IMG/VR virus record: IMGVR_UViG_3300012971_000020
Span: 6,928 to 70,927 of that record
DNA from: a virus
Taxonomy: Duplodnaviria; Caudoviricetes
Length of the DNA stretch: 64,000 nucleotides
Direction: 5' to 3' (one strand)
The translations under genes were made by a program, and so were the position numbers. Below the pieces are notes generated by a model that saw only the letters and a program-made list of their open reading frames with translations, made no database searches and had not been told where the DNA came from. This document shows, piece after piece, positions 10,333 to 19,863 of this stretch (position 1 is the stretch's first letter; the number at the start of each line of letters is the position of its first letter).

Positions 10333-11228
10333 TCGTCGCCTTCGTCGTCCTCGATCACCGGCAGCTGCGGCATCTCGTAGACCACATCTTCCTCCTGCGA
10401 GGACTCGCGGACCTTGACCTCCTCGAGGATGTACTCGCCGGTCTTGGACCGCAGTGCCGTGCGCTGGACGTACTTCTTGCCCACGTCCTGGTTCCAGCAC
10501 TTGATGATCGCCGCGATGTAGATCTCCACGCCGTACGACTCGTGGTCGACCTTGGCTCGAGTCAGCCGATTGTTCAGCGCACGCAGCGGTGACCCCGGCG
10601 GCTCGACGTTGTTCACGTACCTGCCGATGAACATGTCCGCCTCGGCGTGGCCGTTGGTCTGGGCGATCCACCAGTGCGCAGCACCCATGGGCGTGGCGTC
10701 CGGCTTGCCGGGCGCGCTCCGGGCGTACAGGCCCATCTCCATGGAGTGCTCGACATCCTTGTGCCGGTCGACCATGTCCAGCATCTCGTCGTTGCTGACG
10801 TGGAACCGCGCGGTGCCGGCCTCGCCGCGCTCGAGCAGGTAGCACCAGCGTGCGACCGAACCGAGATAGGTGCTGTTCTGATAGCCGAGGAGCTTCAGCT
10901 CGTCAGCGATCGAACGGGGTGCACCGACATCGATGGTGCCGCGGTACTCCTCGGGTGCGTTGCGCATGACGTACCAGTACTGAGTGGTCTTGGACTGGAC
11001 CTGCGCGCTGAGCCGATGCTCCCCATCCATCAGCTCGTTCTTGTCGTTGAAGACCAGCGGGGCGACGTTCTGCCGCCACCGGCCTTCCTTCATCGCCCGC
11101 GCGTACTTGTTGACCAAGGCCTCGCGGATCTTGCGGTTGGGCATTCGGTTACGCAGAGCTTCTTGCGCCATCTGCCAGGTCCATCTCTCTGGACCCTCGA
11201 TGGGCAGCTCCTTCGGCTTCCTAGCCAT
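10329..11228 (-). CDS. ParB-like N-terminal domain protein
   Basis: NRKI...YARAMKEGRW...LVF...LMDGEHRL motif (ParB/DGQHR-type); SD gagagg upstream. Confidence 0.7.
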   Translation of the reverse strand: MARKPKELPIEGPERWTWQMAQEALRNRMPNRKIREALVNKYARAMKEGRWRQNVAPLVFNDKNELMDGEHRLSAQVQSKTTQYWYVMRNAPEEYRGTIDVGAPRSIADELKLLGYQNSTYLGSVARWCYLLERGEAGTARFHVSNDEMLDMVDRHKDVEHSMEMGLYARSAPGKPDATPMGAAHWWIAQTNGHAEADMFIGRYVNNVEPPGSPLRALNNRLTRAKVDHESYGVEIYIAAIIKCWNQDVGKKYVQRTALRSKTGEYILEEVKVRESSQEEDVVYEMPQLPVIEDDEGDE

Positions 11229-11293
11229 GACTCTCTACCTCTCATGATGGGGACCGTGAGGAGGGAGCATTCATACCTCCCTCCCCACGGGTG

Positions 11294-11575
11294 CTACTCC
11301 CTCATGCCGTTCCGATGGATCAGGAACTCCATGAACTCGGGAACCAGATCCGGGCTCATGGGCACGAGGATCTTGCTTCCGTGGTCGGCCTGATATGCGC
11401 GACCGGCCACGAACGCGAGGATTGCGATCTCACGGGGGTCGACCTCGTCCTCGCTGGTTTGTGCTCGCGTGAAGATCTCACCGAGCACGGACATGAGCTG
11501 CTCTTCTTCATCACCCCCTACGTCCACGCCAGCAGCGACGATGGCGTCTTGGGTGAATGCAGTCTCGATGTCCAT
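11294..11575 (-). CDS. Hypothetical protein
   Basis: 93 aa acidic ORF with SD and phage-like codon usage. Confidence 0.6.
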   Translation of the reverse strand: MDIETAFTQDAIVAAGVDVGGDEEEQLMSVLGEIFTRAQTSEDEVDPREIAILAFVAGRAYQADHGSKILVPMSPDLVPEFMEFLIHRNGMRE

Positions 11576-11687
11576 TCCTAAGTCCCTCCGGATCAGGCCC
11601 CGGAGGAGCAGTAGGAAGACCTACGGTTCGGAACTCGCAGGGACTGCCCCTCCGGGACGACTTGCATGCTAGAGCATGCTAGAGGGG

Positions 11688-13307
11688 TCAGTCACGCACC
11701 ATGATCTCTCCATCACTGAGGTCGACCATGTGGGCGCGCAACTGCTCGGCCACGATGTTGGCGATCGCTCGGACCAGCTCGGGCTGCTCCGGACGGTCCG
11801 TGGACTCCTGGTGCAACTGCCAGGTGGCCCGCTTGGCGTTCGCCGCCCGCACGAAGTCCTCGGTCGCGTGGGGACGACCGATGTCTCCGGTGCGGATGAT
11901 GCTGTGCTTGGTCACATCCTCGAAGGACCGGACGATGTAGGCCGGCATGTACCCCTCGACCGCGGCGTAGACCGCGTCGTAGTCCAGCTTCAGCCGCTGG
12001 GACTCCGGGATGTGGCTGTTGATCAACCGCTCCACGCCCGGGGTGTCGAGCGCGCTGACGTAGATCGTGTGGTCGATCCGGTGTCCACCGGTCATCGACT
12101 TCGGGATCTCGCCCTCGTGGTTGGTCGTCATCAGCAGCATCAGTTCTTGACCCTTGGACCGCAGCCCGTCGAACTCACCCAGCAGCTGCTGCATCGCGCC
12201 AGGACGGACGAACAGGTTCTCCACGTCCTCGATCACGATGCACGCCGGGCCACCGATGTGCTCGACGAACCGCATCACATGGGGCAGCGGCTCGTTCCAC
12301 ATGGCCTCGACGAAGGTCCAGCCGTACTCCATGCAGTACTGACCGGTGATCGCGGCAGCCATGGTCTTGCCGGTGCCGTTCTCGCCACGCAGGAGCACGT
12401 TGTTGCCGATCCGGATGTGGGTGCGCTCGGTCTTCTGCACCGGCTGGCCCTGGTGCATCCGGGGCTTGCCCGCGTCGGTGAGCTCGTAGACGGGGATCTT
12501 CTGACCCTCGTCGTCGAGCTTGTACTCACCGGCCTCGTCGAACTCCCAGATCGGGTAGCCGGCGTTGGCCTCGCGGAACTTCTCGGCGAACTTGATGATG
12601 CCCCAGACCTGGTCCATCAGCTCCCAGAAAGTGACCTGGGCGAAGGACGCGGTCTCGCGGTCCACCTTGTACACGTCGCAGAACTGCGGGTCACCGGTGA
12701 CCTGCTGCATCGCCTTGGTGCGGTAGATCGAGTTCTCCTTGATGTACTTCTCCAGGAGCATGAAGAACCCGGTGATCACCGGCTCGTACTTCTTCTGACC
12801 GTAGGCACTGATCGAGAAGCCCATGCCGTACTCGGGATGCCCTTGCGCCTCGAGCTCGAACGTGGTCTTCCAGGGCGAGAACTCCAGCGTGCCCCAGGGC
12901 ACGTAGTACTCCTCGTCGATGCCGACCTTGACCGCCATCATCTGCGGGGGCCGCGCGAACCAGCCCTCGGTGGCCTTGCCGGTCGGGGTCTTCCACAGCT
13001 CCTTGAACATCGCGTTGAAGGCCCAAGCTCCATCCTGCGGCTTGCAGTAGAAGAACTTGCTGAACTCGTAGGTCCGCGCCTGGTTGTCGATCTCCTCCTG
13101 GATCGCGTCCCGGGCTACCTCGAGCTCCATCTTCTTGCCGCCCGGCTCCTGCGGAAGAGCGATCCGGATACCACCATCGGTGCGGTACTCGAATGCCTCC
13201 TGCACGGTGATGCGCGAACTGGCGACGCCGGCCAACATCTGGTTGATGTTGTCGATGTCCTTCTTCTTGCTCTCACTACTCCAGATGTCTTGCTGTTGTG
13301 CTGCCAC
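11688..13307 (-). CDS. AAA+ ATPase
   Basis: Walker A LLRGENGTGKT, Walker B IVIEDVE, sensor TTNH, R-finger region GGHRID; start refined to GTG at 13307 after aaggag. Confidence 0.85.
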   Translation of the reverse strand: MAAQQQDIWSSESKKKDIDNINQMLAGVASSRITVQEAFEYRTDGGIRIALPQEPGGKKMELEVARDAIQEEIDNQARTYEFSKFFYCKPQDGAWAFNAMFKELWKTPTGKATEGWFARPPQMMAVKVGIDEEYYVPWGTLEFSPWKTTFELEAQGHPEYGMGFSISAYGQKKYEPVITGFFMLLEKYIKENSIYRTKAMQQVTGDPQFCDVYKVDRETASFAQVTFWELMDQVWGIIKFAEKFREANAGYPIWEFDEAGEYKLDDEGQKIPVYELTDAGKPRMHQGQPVQKTERTHIRIGNNVLLRGENGTGKTMAAAITGQYCMEYGWTFVEAMWNEPLPHVMRFVEHIGGPACIVIEDVENLFVRPGAMQQLLGEFDGLRSKGQELMLLMTTNHEGEIPKSMTGGHRIDHTIYVSALDTPGVERLINSHIPESQRLKLDYDAVYAAVEGYMPAYIVRSFEDVTKHSIIRTGDIGRPHATEDFVRAANAKRATWQLHQESTDRPEQPELVRAIANIVAEQLRAHMVDLSDGEIMVRD

Positions 13308-13405
13308 TACTGAACAACTCCTTCTTCCTAGGGGTGTTTGAGGGGTGGGAATCAGGGGTGAGGGCGGGCGGGGCACCTGTGTGAAGCTTCCGCCCGCCCT
13401 CACGT

Positions 13406-13684
13406 CTACGCCGGCTGTTGCTCCGGGCTGTCCAGCTCTCTCTGGATCGCCTGCAACATCTCCGGGCTGTAGTTCTCATGCGGCGACGAGAAGAGGATGC
13501 GTTCACCGGTGATGTCGTCCCGGGTCTCGCATGCCACCTTGGCGTTGTCGATGTTGCGGACGCCTCGTTGCTGAACGTCAGCCACGAAGTTCCTCGACCG
13601 CTTCTCGTAACGTCGAGTGGTCTGAACCACGGTGACCGTGGTCAGAATGAGGATGACCTCCTCGTCCAGTTCTATCTCTTGCAC
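13406..13684 (-). CDS. Hypothetical protein
   Basis: 92 aa, GTG start after gaggagg. Confidence 0.6.
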   Translation of the reverse strand: MQEIELDEEVILILTTVTVVQTTRRYEKRSRNFVADVQQRGVRNIDNAKVACETRDDITGERILFSSPHENYSPEMLQAIQRELDSPEQQPA

Positions 13685-13741
13685 TTGTCCTCCTCATGAC
13701 ATGAAGAAGGGGCGGAGGTCATACCTCCGCCCCTCTCCCCA

Positions 13742-14671
13742 TCAGGCCCGAGCCGCAGCCGGCGCGACCGTACGGGTGGTCGTGGGCTGGGTGGGCGTGG
13801 GCGGCTCCTCGGTGAGAGGAGCACCCTCGACCAGGTTCGGCTCCAGGATGTGCAGGGCCTCGTTGACGCCCTGCTGGATGCCGATCCTGACCTGACCCTG
13901 GTCGTAGGTGGCCTTGAAGTCCTTCGCGTTCAGAGCCGAGTTCTCGCGAGCCTTCCAGGCGTCGAACAGGGAGTTGGTGGTTCCCTTGCTGCCCTTGCGC
14001 ATCTCGTCGAGCGCGTAGATCTTGCCAGCGACCTGGGACTTCTGCTTCTTGTCCAGGTCCGTACGCTGCAGCTCGGTGTTCATCTCGCGCAGCTTCACGT
14101 CCAGCTGCACCTTCTGGTCGGGCGTGACAACCCGAAGCAGCGGGGCACCATCGCCACCGTTGCCGTTGCCGTTCGGCTTGTGCGCGGTGGGCTCGAGGAT
14201 GTCGAGCTTGCCGAACACCAGCAGACCGAGCACCCAGACCAGCGTCACGCCGGCGATCACCGGGTGACCGAAGGCCAGCGACGTGGCGACACCGGCGACC
14301 GTGCCGAAGCACATCTTCACCGGCCACGTTGCCCAGTTCCAGGCCGTGGCTCCTGCGTTCTTGACGTTGGTCCAGGCTGTTCTGGTGGCTGGGGGTACGT
14401 GCTCCTTCATCCAGGACCAGGCCGAGCTGGCCTTCTTCTTGACCCAGTGGGCTGCGTTCTGAGCCTTGTGCCAGACCCAGGTGGCTGCGGACTTGACCTT
14501 GCCCCAGAACCAGGACCAGCCACGCTTGACGTGCTGTACCACCGTGGTTGCTGCCTCGGTGGTGGTGACTACGGCACCGCGCATCCATGCGCGAACGCCC
14601 TCAGCCACGTCGGCGGATTCCCCATTGACCAGGTCAATGTTCGGAACCGCCTCAAGAGGTGCGGTTGACAT
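13742..14671 (-). CDS. Membrane protein with Trp-rich amphipathic ~11-mer repeats
   Basis: VKRGWSWFWGK/VKSAATWVWHK/AQNAAHWVKKK/ASSAWSWMKEH repeats followed by a hydrophobic hairpin. Confidence 0.7.
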   Translation of the reverse strand: MSTAPLEAVPNIDLVNGESADVAEGVRAWMRGAVVTTTEAATTVVQHVKRGWSWFWGKVKSAATWVWHKAQNAAHWVKKKASSAWSWMKEHVPPATRTAWTNVKNAGATAWNWATWPVKMCFGTVAGVATSLAFGHPVIAGVTLVWVLGLLVFGKLDILEPTAHKPNGNGNGGDGAPLLRVVTPDQKVQLDVKLREMNTELQRTDLDKKQKSQVAGKIYALDEMRKGSKGTTNSLFDAWKARENSALNAKDFKATYDQGQVRIGIQQGVNEALHILEPNLVEGAPLTEEPPTPTQPTTTRTVAPAAARA

Positions 14672-14691
14672 GATGTCTCACTTTCTTGGTT

Positions 14692-14730
14692 GGACATGCA
14701 GAAACCCCCTGGTCATAGGGACCAGGGGGT
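14692..14730 (-). terminator. Terminator-like hairpin in leader L1
   Basis: 11-bp stem 14704-14714/14720-14730 followed on the minus strand by TTCTGCATGTCC. Confidence 0.65.
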
Positions 14731-14792
14731 TGGTGTGCCGGGTTCGTTCGCCCCGGACTTCAGATGTCCGGGTGCATTCGTCCCGGGCACAT
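14692..14792 (-). ncRNA. Putative structured leader or small RNA L1
   Basis: Long imperfect hairpin 14734-14791 between the promoter and the terminator. Confidence 0.4.
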
Positions 14793-14796
14793 GACC

Positions 14797-14825
14797 ATTA
14801 TATCACATACACGACATATTGGCCA
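14797..14825 (-). promoter_or_regulatory. sigma70/SigA-type promoter PL1
   Basis: TGGCCA-17 nt-TATAAT with an extended TG; spacer contains ATGTCGTGT. Confidence 0.7.
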
Positions 14826-14828
14826 CAC

Positions 14829-15185
14829 TTATGTGATGCGATTCCCGCGTTCCTGCGCGTGTCGCTGGTTGTCCTCCTCCCGGTGCTCGTAGCACAGGGT
14901 CTTGTACCAGCCATGCGGGGCTTCGTTCTCACCGGGCTGGCCACACCACTCGCAGATGGTGAAGGACAACGCCTCCTGCTCGTGTACGTAGTCCCGGGCC
15001 TGCTTGACCGAGGACTCCGGAGTGCCCTCCGTCGCGGCCCAGTAGAACCGGAGACCGCCGAACTTCTCCTTGATCTGCAGCACCTCGTACGGTCCGCAGT
15101 AGTCCAGGATTCGCGCGTCGATCTCATCGATCAGCGGCTGCCAGCCGTCACCTACGTACTGTCGTTCTGTAGCGAGTTCAGCCAC
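14829..15185 (-). CDS. Hypothetical phage protein (QIKEKFGGLRFY family)
   Basis: Characteristic GW..LI...QIKEKFGGLRFY...CEWCG...LC pattern; aggag SD. Confidence 0.7.
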   Translation of the reverse strand: MAELATERQYVGDGWQPLIDEIDARILDYCGPYEVLQIKEKFGGLRFYWAATEGTPESSVKQARDYVHEQEALSFTICEWCGQPGENEAPHGWYKTLCYEHREEDNQRHAQERGNRIT

Positions 15186-15394
15186 TTGGACTCCTTCAGC
15201 TCATAGATGTTGGTCACCTCGGCGTCCTCCGTCGGATGCCGAGCCTCGCAGTTGTCGCAGTACGGGGAGTCGGGAGACTCCACGTCGTTGGCGCACCGGT
15301 TCAGATGCGTGCCACTCGGAACCGGGTGGATGATCACGCAGATACACCGGTGAGTCTGACCCTCCTCACGCCTCGGGATCGGGATCTCGCTCAT
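15152..15394 (-). CDS. Hypothetical Cys/His protein
   Basis: 80 aa, CxC...C...CxxC pattern. Confidence 0.55.
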   Translation of the reverse strand: MSEIPIPRREEGQTHRCICVIIHPVPSGTHLNRCANDVESPDSPYCDNCEARHPTEDAEVTNIYELKESKWLNSLQNDST

Positions 15395-15659
15395 GGAGCT
15401 CCTTCCGGTTCTCGAACTCGCCCTTGATCCGGATCCAGGACTGACATGCGTGCTGGAACCAGATCAGCCAGCCGATCGCGGTGTCGCGATCCAGGACCGA
15501 GTTGATGTGCGGGAGCGGGATCAGCTCCATCTGTGGCTTCGAGAGCCCACCCGAGTGGACCTCGATCTGATCGCTGATCCCGTCCCACCGGAAGGTGAGC
15601 ATGCGCTCGTGATCGTGGAAGGCCATGTAGGTGGTGACCTCAGTGAACGCTTGCGTCAC
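15366..15659 (-). CDS. Hypothetical protein
   Basis: 97 aa, operonic. Confidence 0.55.
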   Translation of the reverse strand: MTQAFTEVTTYMAFHDHERMLTFRWDGISDQIEVHSGGLSKPQMELIPLPHINSVLDRDTAIGWLIWFQHACQSWIRIKGEFENRKELHERDPDPEA

Positions 15660-15751
15660 TGCCCACCCCCAGCACGACCATCAGCCAGAGCCCGACCAAG
15701 AACAAGCCGGCAACGAAAGCAGCAGATGAGTGCCCAGTTCGTCTTGCTCAT
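15656..15751 (-). pseudogene. Small membrane protein gene, apparently frameshifted by one extra base
   Basis: MSKTNWALI is followed, after skipping one T, by AAFVAGLFLVGLWLMVVLGVG in GC3-rich codons; the unshifted frame is T3-rich and implausible. Confidence 0.4.
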
Positions 15752-16008
15752 GAGGCCAACCAGCTCTTCTCGGTGATGTCCTGACCCAGGCCACGACGCA
15801 GGAACCTGGTCACGGCTTTGGCTGCCTCGTACCGATCGACATGTGGTCCGTCGGGTTTGGGCCAGCGGCGCTGTCCGAACTCCATCGTGGGAGTGACGGG
15901 GGCTGTGCGGACGACACGCCCACGCAGGACAGTGCATTGTTCGCCCGGCTTGGCCCGACACATGTGAACAGGGCAGTCCACATCGATCGCATTGACCTTG
16001 TCGTTCAT
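15748..16008 (-). CDS. Zn-finger protein (Cx4CxAxPGxxC...HxxR)
   Basis: CPVHMCRAKPGEQC...HVDR. Confidence 0.65.
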   Translation of the reverse strand: MNDKVNAIDVDCPVHMCRAKPGEQCTVLRGRVVRTAPVTPTMEFGQRRWPKPDGPHVDRYEAAKAVTRFLRRGLGQDITEKSWLAS

Positions 16009-16205
16009 GGGATGTGCTCTCCCTTCGCCAGGGACTCGATCAGCCTGTCGACTGCCTTCTTCTCCTGTGGCAGCAGCGTGTTGTACATGGCGATGATGCG
16101 AGTGGGCTCGGAGTCACCGGTGGAAGGCTGACGCTTCCGGCGCTCATCGGCCTCCATGCACCGTGCGATCCGCTCGAGGGCAGCGGCGACCCGTCCATCC
16201 GGCAT
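16005..16205 (-). CDS. Hypothetical protein
   Basis: 66 aa, coupled at both ends. Confidence 0.5.
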   Translation of the reverse strand: MPDGRVAAALERIARCMEADERRKRQPSTGDSEPTRIIAMYNTLLPQEKKAVDRLIESLAKGEHIP

Positions 16206-16426
16206 CAGCGGTACCCCTTCCCGGTCCAGGTGTGGCAGTTGCCGCAGTAGCCCTCGCGTACGTCGTTCGGGTTGTGCGAGGTCATTCCGCACTGGGGGCA
16301 GGTGAACGTGTTCTGAGGGTGCTCGGAGCAGTGTCGGCCCGAGCAGGGGGTGATCACTCCGGCCACGATCTGGCTGGGGTGCTCCGGGCGGATCACCCGG
16401 CTGTCGATTGTGCGGTGGTTCGCCAT
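16205..16426 (-). CDS. Zn-ribbon hypothetical protein
   Basis: FTCPQCGMTSHNPNDVREGYCGNCH; SD upstream. Confidence 0.65.
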   Translation of the reverse strand: MANHRTIDSRVIRPEHPSQIVAGVITPCSGRHCSEHPQNTFTCPQCGMTSHNPNDVREGYCGNCHTWTGKGYR

Positions 16427-16496
16427 CTCTTCTGTCTTCCTCTCTTGGATGGGTGAGGGCCCGGGTAGATGTGCACCCGGGCCCTCGCTGGTGGAA

Positions 16497-16754
16497 TCAG
16501 TCGTTGATCCCTGGACCGTCCATCGCTTCCTCGATGGTGAGCAGGGCATCGGACATGCCGTTGACCCAGCCCTCGGTCGTGTTGCGGTTGCGACGCTTGA
16601 CCCTGCCCTCGGTGAGCTTTCTCAGCTCCTCGTGCTGCTTGCCGCGCAGCTTGATGAGCGCGAGGTTGATGCGCTCGAGGCACTCGATCGCCTCTTCGCC
16701 GTCCTCCACGTCGAGGACGAGGTGCATCGGGACATCGGCGCGGTGCTTACTCAT
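16497..16754 (-). CDS. Hypothetical protein
   Basis: 85 aa, operonic. Confidence 0.55.
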   Translation of the reverse strand: MSKHRADVPMHLVLDVEDGEEAIECLERINLALIKLRGKQHEELRKLTEGRVKRRNRNTTEGWVNGMSDALLTIEEAMDGPGIND

Positions 16755-16914
16755 GGATGTGAGCCTTCGCGCTGATCAGCCGGACTCCGTGTACACCCTG
16801 CAGTGTCTTGGTGGGGGTAGACGGGGGTTCCTTGCAGGGCTCGCCTGGCTTGGCTTTGCAGACCGTGCACTCCTGTGCCATGGCCAGCTCGAACAGCGTG
16901 GTGTAGTCGTTCAT
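16747..16914 (-). CDS. Zn-finger protein (CxxCxAxPGxxC...HxxR)
   Basis: CTVCKAKPGEPC...HGVR; gaggag SD. Confidence 0.65.
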   Translation of the reverse strand: MNDYTTLFELAMAQECTVCKAKPGEPCKEPPSTPTKTLQGVHGVRLISAKAHIHE

Positions 16915-17057
16915 TGACTCCTCATCTCTACCAACAGTCGTCCCCAGGCCGAGCCGGTCGGCTCCCACAGGTGGCGGACACCACCGCCAGCGCGGCGCAC
17001 CGTGTAGTGCACCCGGTCGGGCTGGCTCGCGTGGAACCAGACCTTGAGAACGGTCAT
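16911..17057 (-). CDS. Hypothetical 48-aa protein
   Basis: ATGA coupling on both sides; below the track length cutoff. Confidence 0.45.
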   Translation of the reverse strand: MTVLKVWFHASQPDRVHYTVRRAGGGVRHLWEPTGSAWGRLLVEMRSQ

Positions 17058-17392
17058 CGGACGATCACCGTCTCGTCGTCGACGATCTCCAGCTTGTGGT
17101 AGTGCTTGTACTCACCCGAGGTGGCGGAGGCGATCATCTTCGCTGAGTCCATGACCAGCGGGTTGACCTGGATGTGCTTGTGCAGGGGCTCGGCCTTGGC
17201 CTTGACCCTGGGTGTGCGCTTCTTGGTGACCGCCTTGCGGATCCTCCGCGGGGTGGCCACCTCGATCACCGGTGCCTCCTTGTCCGCGGCGTTCGCGGCC
17301 AGGTTGGACTTCGGGGCGTCACCGGTGGTGGTGGTGTACGCCAGTTGTGAGCCGGACTCCGGCTCGGTGTTGCCTGTCTTCCTGTCAGACAT
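17054..17392 (-). CDS. Hypothetical protein
   Basis: Basic central region, C-terminus KLEIVDDETVIVR; purine-rich SD. Confidence 0.6.
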   Translation of the reverse strand: MSDRKTGNTEPESGSQLAYTTTTGDAPKSNLAANAADKEAPVIEVATPRRIRKAVTKKRTPRVKAKAEPLHKHIQVNPLVMDSAKMIASATSGEYKHYHKLEIVDDETVIVR

Positions 17393-17409
17393 GACTCTCT
17401 TCTCTCTCT

Positions 17410-17697
17410 TCATGGAATGACCTGGGGCAGATGCTCCGGGCCGAGGTAGTGCTGACATCCGCAGTACATGCCGGGTCGTTTGTCGCTCCACCAGACCCGG
17501 TAGAAACACTTCCCGGTGTCCTGGTTGTGGAACGCCATGTGGTGGCCGCAGCCACAGATGGCGTTGAGGTCTCCCATCCTCAACTCCGTGGATCGGCCAG
17601 ACCCCCGCCGGCCGAGCCAGTAGCCGATCAGCACCAGCGGTGCTGCCAGCCATGCGCCCAGGATCACGTTCCCTAGGGCGCTGAAGATCACGGTCAC
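17410..17697 (-). CDS. Membrane-anchored Cys/His protein
   Basis: N-terminal TM, then CGCGHHMAFH...C...CGCQHY. Confidence 0.55.
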   Translation of the reverse strand: MTVIFSALGNVILGAWLAAPLVLIGYWLGRRGSGRSTELRMGDLNAICGCGHHMAFHNQDTGKCFYRVWWSDKRPGMYCGCQHYLGPEHLPQVIP

Positions 17698-17702
17698 GAC
17701 GG

Positions 17703-17897
17703 CTACTCGTGATCGAGCATGTCGTCGAGCACCGAGAACGGAACCTTGTCGTTGAAGATCAAGGGCCTGTCCGAGGACTGCTCGTTGATCTTCTGCTGCT
17801 CGCGGTACATCCGCCAGCCGAACTCGTAGCCGAACGCCCAGCCGCCGGTGGCGAAGGCGATGATCAGCAGGATCCACAGTGGGGTGTTCATCTTCAT
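17703..17897 (-). CDS. Small membrane protein
   Basis: N-terminal TM; gaaagg SD. Confidence 0.6.
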   Translation of the reverse strand: MKMNTPLWILLIIAFATGGWAFGYEFGWRMYREQQKINEQSSDRPLIFNDKVPFSVLDDMLDHE

Positions 17898-17978
17898 TCG
17901 TTTCCTTTCATGGGGTGGGGTGGAGCAGGCCAGGGCAGTCTTGTCCGGGTCGTCCTGGCCTGCTCCGGCACTACGTGA

Positions 17979-18467
17979 TCAGTGCTTGATCACGAGCTCA
18001 TGGCCGTAACTAGCGGCCAGGGTGGTGGCGATGTCGACCACGTTCGCGATGTTCAAACCACCGTTGAACAGTGCGGTCTCGTCCTCCTCGATCCCGATCA
18101 GCTCGCAGGCCCGGAACTCGATGTCATGGACCTCGCCGAAGATGTCCATGCAGTTGTCGGCGGTGACCTCGTCGCCAACCTCCGGCTCCTCGTCGTCGGT
18201 GATCATCTTGTCGCCGTACATGACCACGATCGTGCCGGCCACACAGCCCGTGGACGGGCAGACGACGTGCCGGCTGAGCTCGGTGGTGGAGTCGACCTTC
18301 TCCTTGGTCACGGTGCCTGAGCCCCAGCTGGCCTGCATCCAGCGGAGCCAGCCCTTCTTCTCCGGGCGCTCAAGTTCGGGGTGCTTGAGGTAGTAGCGCT
18401 CGAGCTTGTCGTCGTCGTATGCGTGTTGTACTGCTTCCTGCAACCGAGTGAACTGCTTGGTATCCAT
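17979..18467 (-). CDS. Hypothetical protein
   Basis: CPSTGCVAG motif; start refined after ggaaagg. Confidence 0.6.
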   Translation of the reverse strand: MDTKQFTRLQEAVQHAYDDDKLERYYLKHPELERPEKKGWLRWMQASWGSGTVTKEKVDSTTELSRHVVCPSTGCVAGTIVVMYGDKMITDDEEPEVGDEVTADNCMDIFGEVHDIEFRACELIGIEEDETALFNGGLNIANVVDIATTLAASYGHELVIKH

Positions 18468-18583
18468 CTCTGCCTTTCCTGGTAGGGGTGGAGCTGCCAG
18501 ACTGGTAGCTCCTTTCATGGTTGGGCAGGGCCCCGGGCGGATTGACTCCCTTCCCGGGGCCCTGTTGATCCCGCTTCTACAGG

Positions 18584-19033
18584 TCACACATGAGCGTCGA
18601 TGGCGGCGGCGACCGCCTCGAGCTCTGCTGCCTCGTTCCGAGCGTTACGGGCAGCCATCCGGAGCATGGCGGCAAGGGCCAGATCGGGCTCCTGCCCTGC
18701 CGCCTTCTCCCAGCGCTCCGCGATCCGGTAGAGACGAGTCGAGGCGTGACGAGCCTGGTTGGACTCGCCACGCTTGGAGGTCTCGTTCCATCCCGCGCGG
18801 AGCGTGTAGTGGTTCTTCGGGGCCGGCACGCTGACCACCAGGTCCGGATCGAACAGGTGGAGATCGAGCGCAGCGTTGCAGACCCTGTTGGGGGACAGGC
18901 CAAGTGACAGTGCCACCTGGTCGTAGCGCCCACCGTTGGGGTTGGTGAGCAGCCATGCCTTGACCCAGGTCATGGCGTCGAACCTCTTGGAGCCGGGCTG
19001 TGGCTCCTGTCGCCCAGTCACGACAAGGGTCAC
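18584..19033 (-). CDS. Putative (winged) HTH DNA-binding protein
   Basis: YDQVALSLGLSPNRVCNAA helix-turn-helix-like segment. Confidence 0.5.
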   Translation of the reverse strand: MTLVVTGRQEPQPGSKRFDAMTWVKAWLLTNPNGGRYDQVALSLGLSPNRVCNAALDLHLFDPDLVVSVPAPKNHYTLRAGWNETSKRGESNQARHASTRLYRIAERWEKAAGQEPDLALAAMLRMAARNARNEAAELEAVAAAIDAHV

Positions 19034-19863
19034 TTCCCCTCACCGAGCAGGACCCGCAGCTCCTCCTCGAACCTCGAGTCGGAGATCGGGAGGGCGAAGC
19101 CACCGGCCCAGGACTCGAGCTTCCGAGCGTTGTACCGCAGCGACTCCGCCACCTTGATGGCGGCGTCGGCACCTTCACTGTCGTGCTGGTAGTTCGCCAC
19201 GATGTCGTCGACCATGGCCGACACCTCGAGCAGCACACCCAGCATGGCCAGCCCACCGCGCAGCCGCGGGGGTGAGGACTCGGTACCTCGAGCCTCGCGT
19301 TCCTTGGCACCGCGGGCGATCGACTGCTGCATCGCCCTGCCCGCGTCGGACTTGGTGACCGCCTTGTTCACCGCCCGGAGCAGGTTGGGGTTGTCCACGA
19401 TCACCTGCGCCACGGCATCGGGCTGCGCCTCGATGATCGCCGCGATCCGGTACTTGGTCGTACCTTCGACGGTGTCGGCCCAGCCCTTGCCGGTCAGCTC
19501 CTTGGTGAACTCGCGCAGCGTCAGCCCAGCCTTCTCGGCCTGGCCGATCTTGCGGAGCAGAGTGCCGTCCACCTCGATGTGCTGACGTGCGATCTCGATC
19601 GCCCAGCGGGGCTTGATCTTGATCCGCCTTGCCTTGGAGACACCCAGGAAGGCAGCCCCAGCCTGCTTGCGCTGCCGGACGTAGGAGTCCGACTGGCCGG
19701 TGATCTCCATCACCAGCACCTTGGCTGCGGTGGCCTTCTTCGAGTCGGTGATCCGACCCAGTTCTGTGGTGAGCTGCCACCAGGCACCTCGCCACTCGCC
19801 GTCCGCCTTCCGACGGTCGGCCTCTGCTGACTTCTCAGCCAGCGCCAACTGCTTGATATCCAC
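19030..19863 (-). CDS. Hypothetical protein
   Basis: Helical; start refined to GTG at 19863 after aggagg. Confidence 0.65.
   Translation of the reverse strand: MDIKQLALAEKSAEADRRKADGEWRGAWWQLTTELGRITDSKKATAAKVLVMEITGQSDSYVRQRKQAGAAFLGVSKARRIKIKPRWAIEIARQHIEVDGTLLRKIGQAEKAGLTLREFTKELTGKGWADTVEGTTKYRIAAIIEAQPDAVAQVIVDNPNLLRAVNKAVTKSDAGRAMQQSIARGAKEREARGTESSPPRLRGGLAMLGVLLEVSAMVDDIVANYQHDSEGADAAIKVAESLRYNARKLESWAGGFALPISDSRFEEELRVLLGEGK

Noticed and set aside
10329-11228. DGEHR motif as a DndB/phosphorothioation system
   Set aside because: No other dnd genes; the context fits a stand-alone ParB-like protein.
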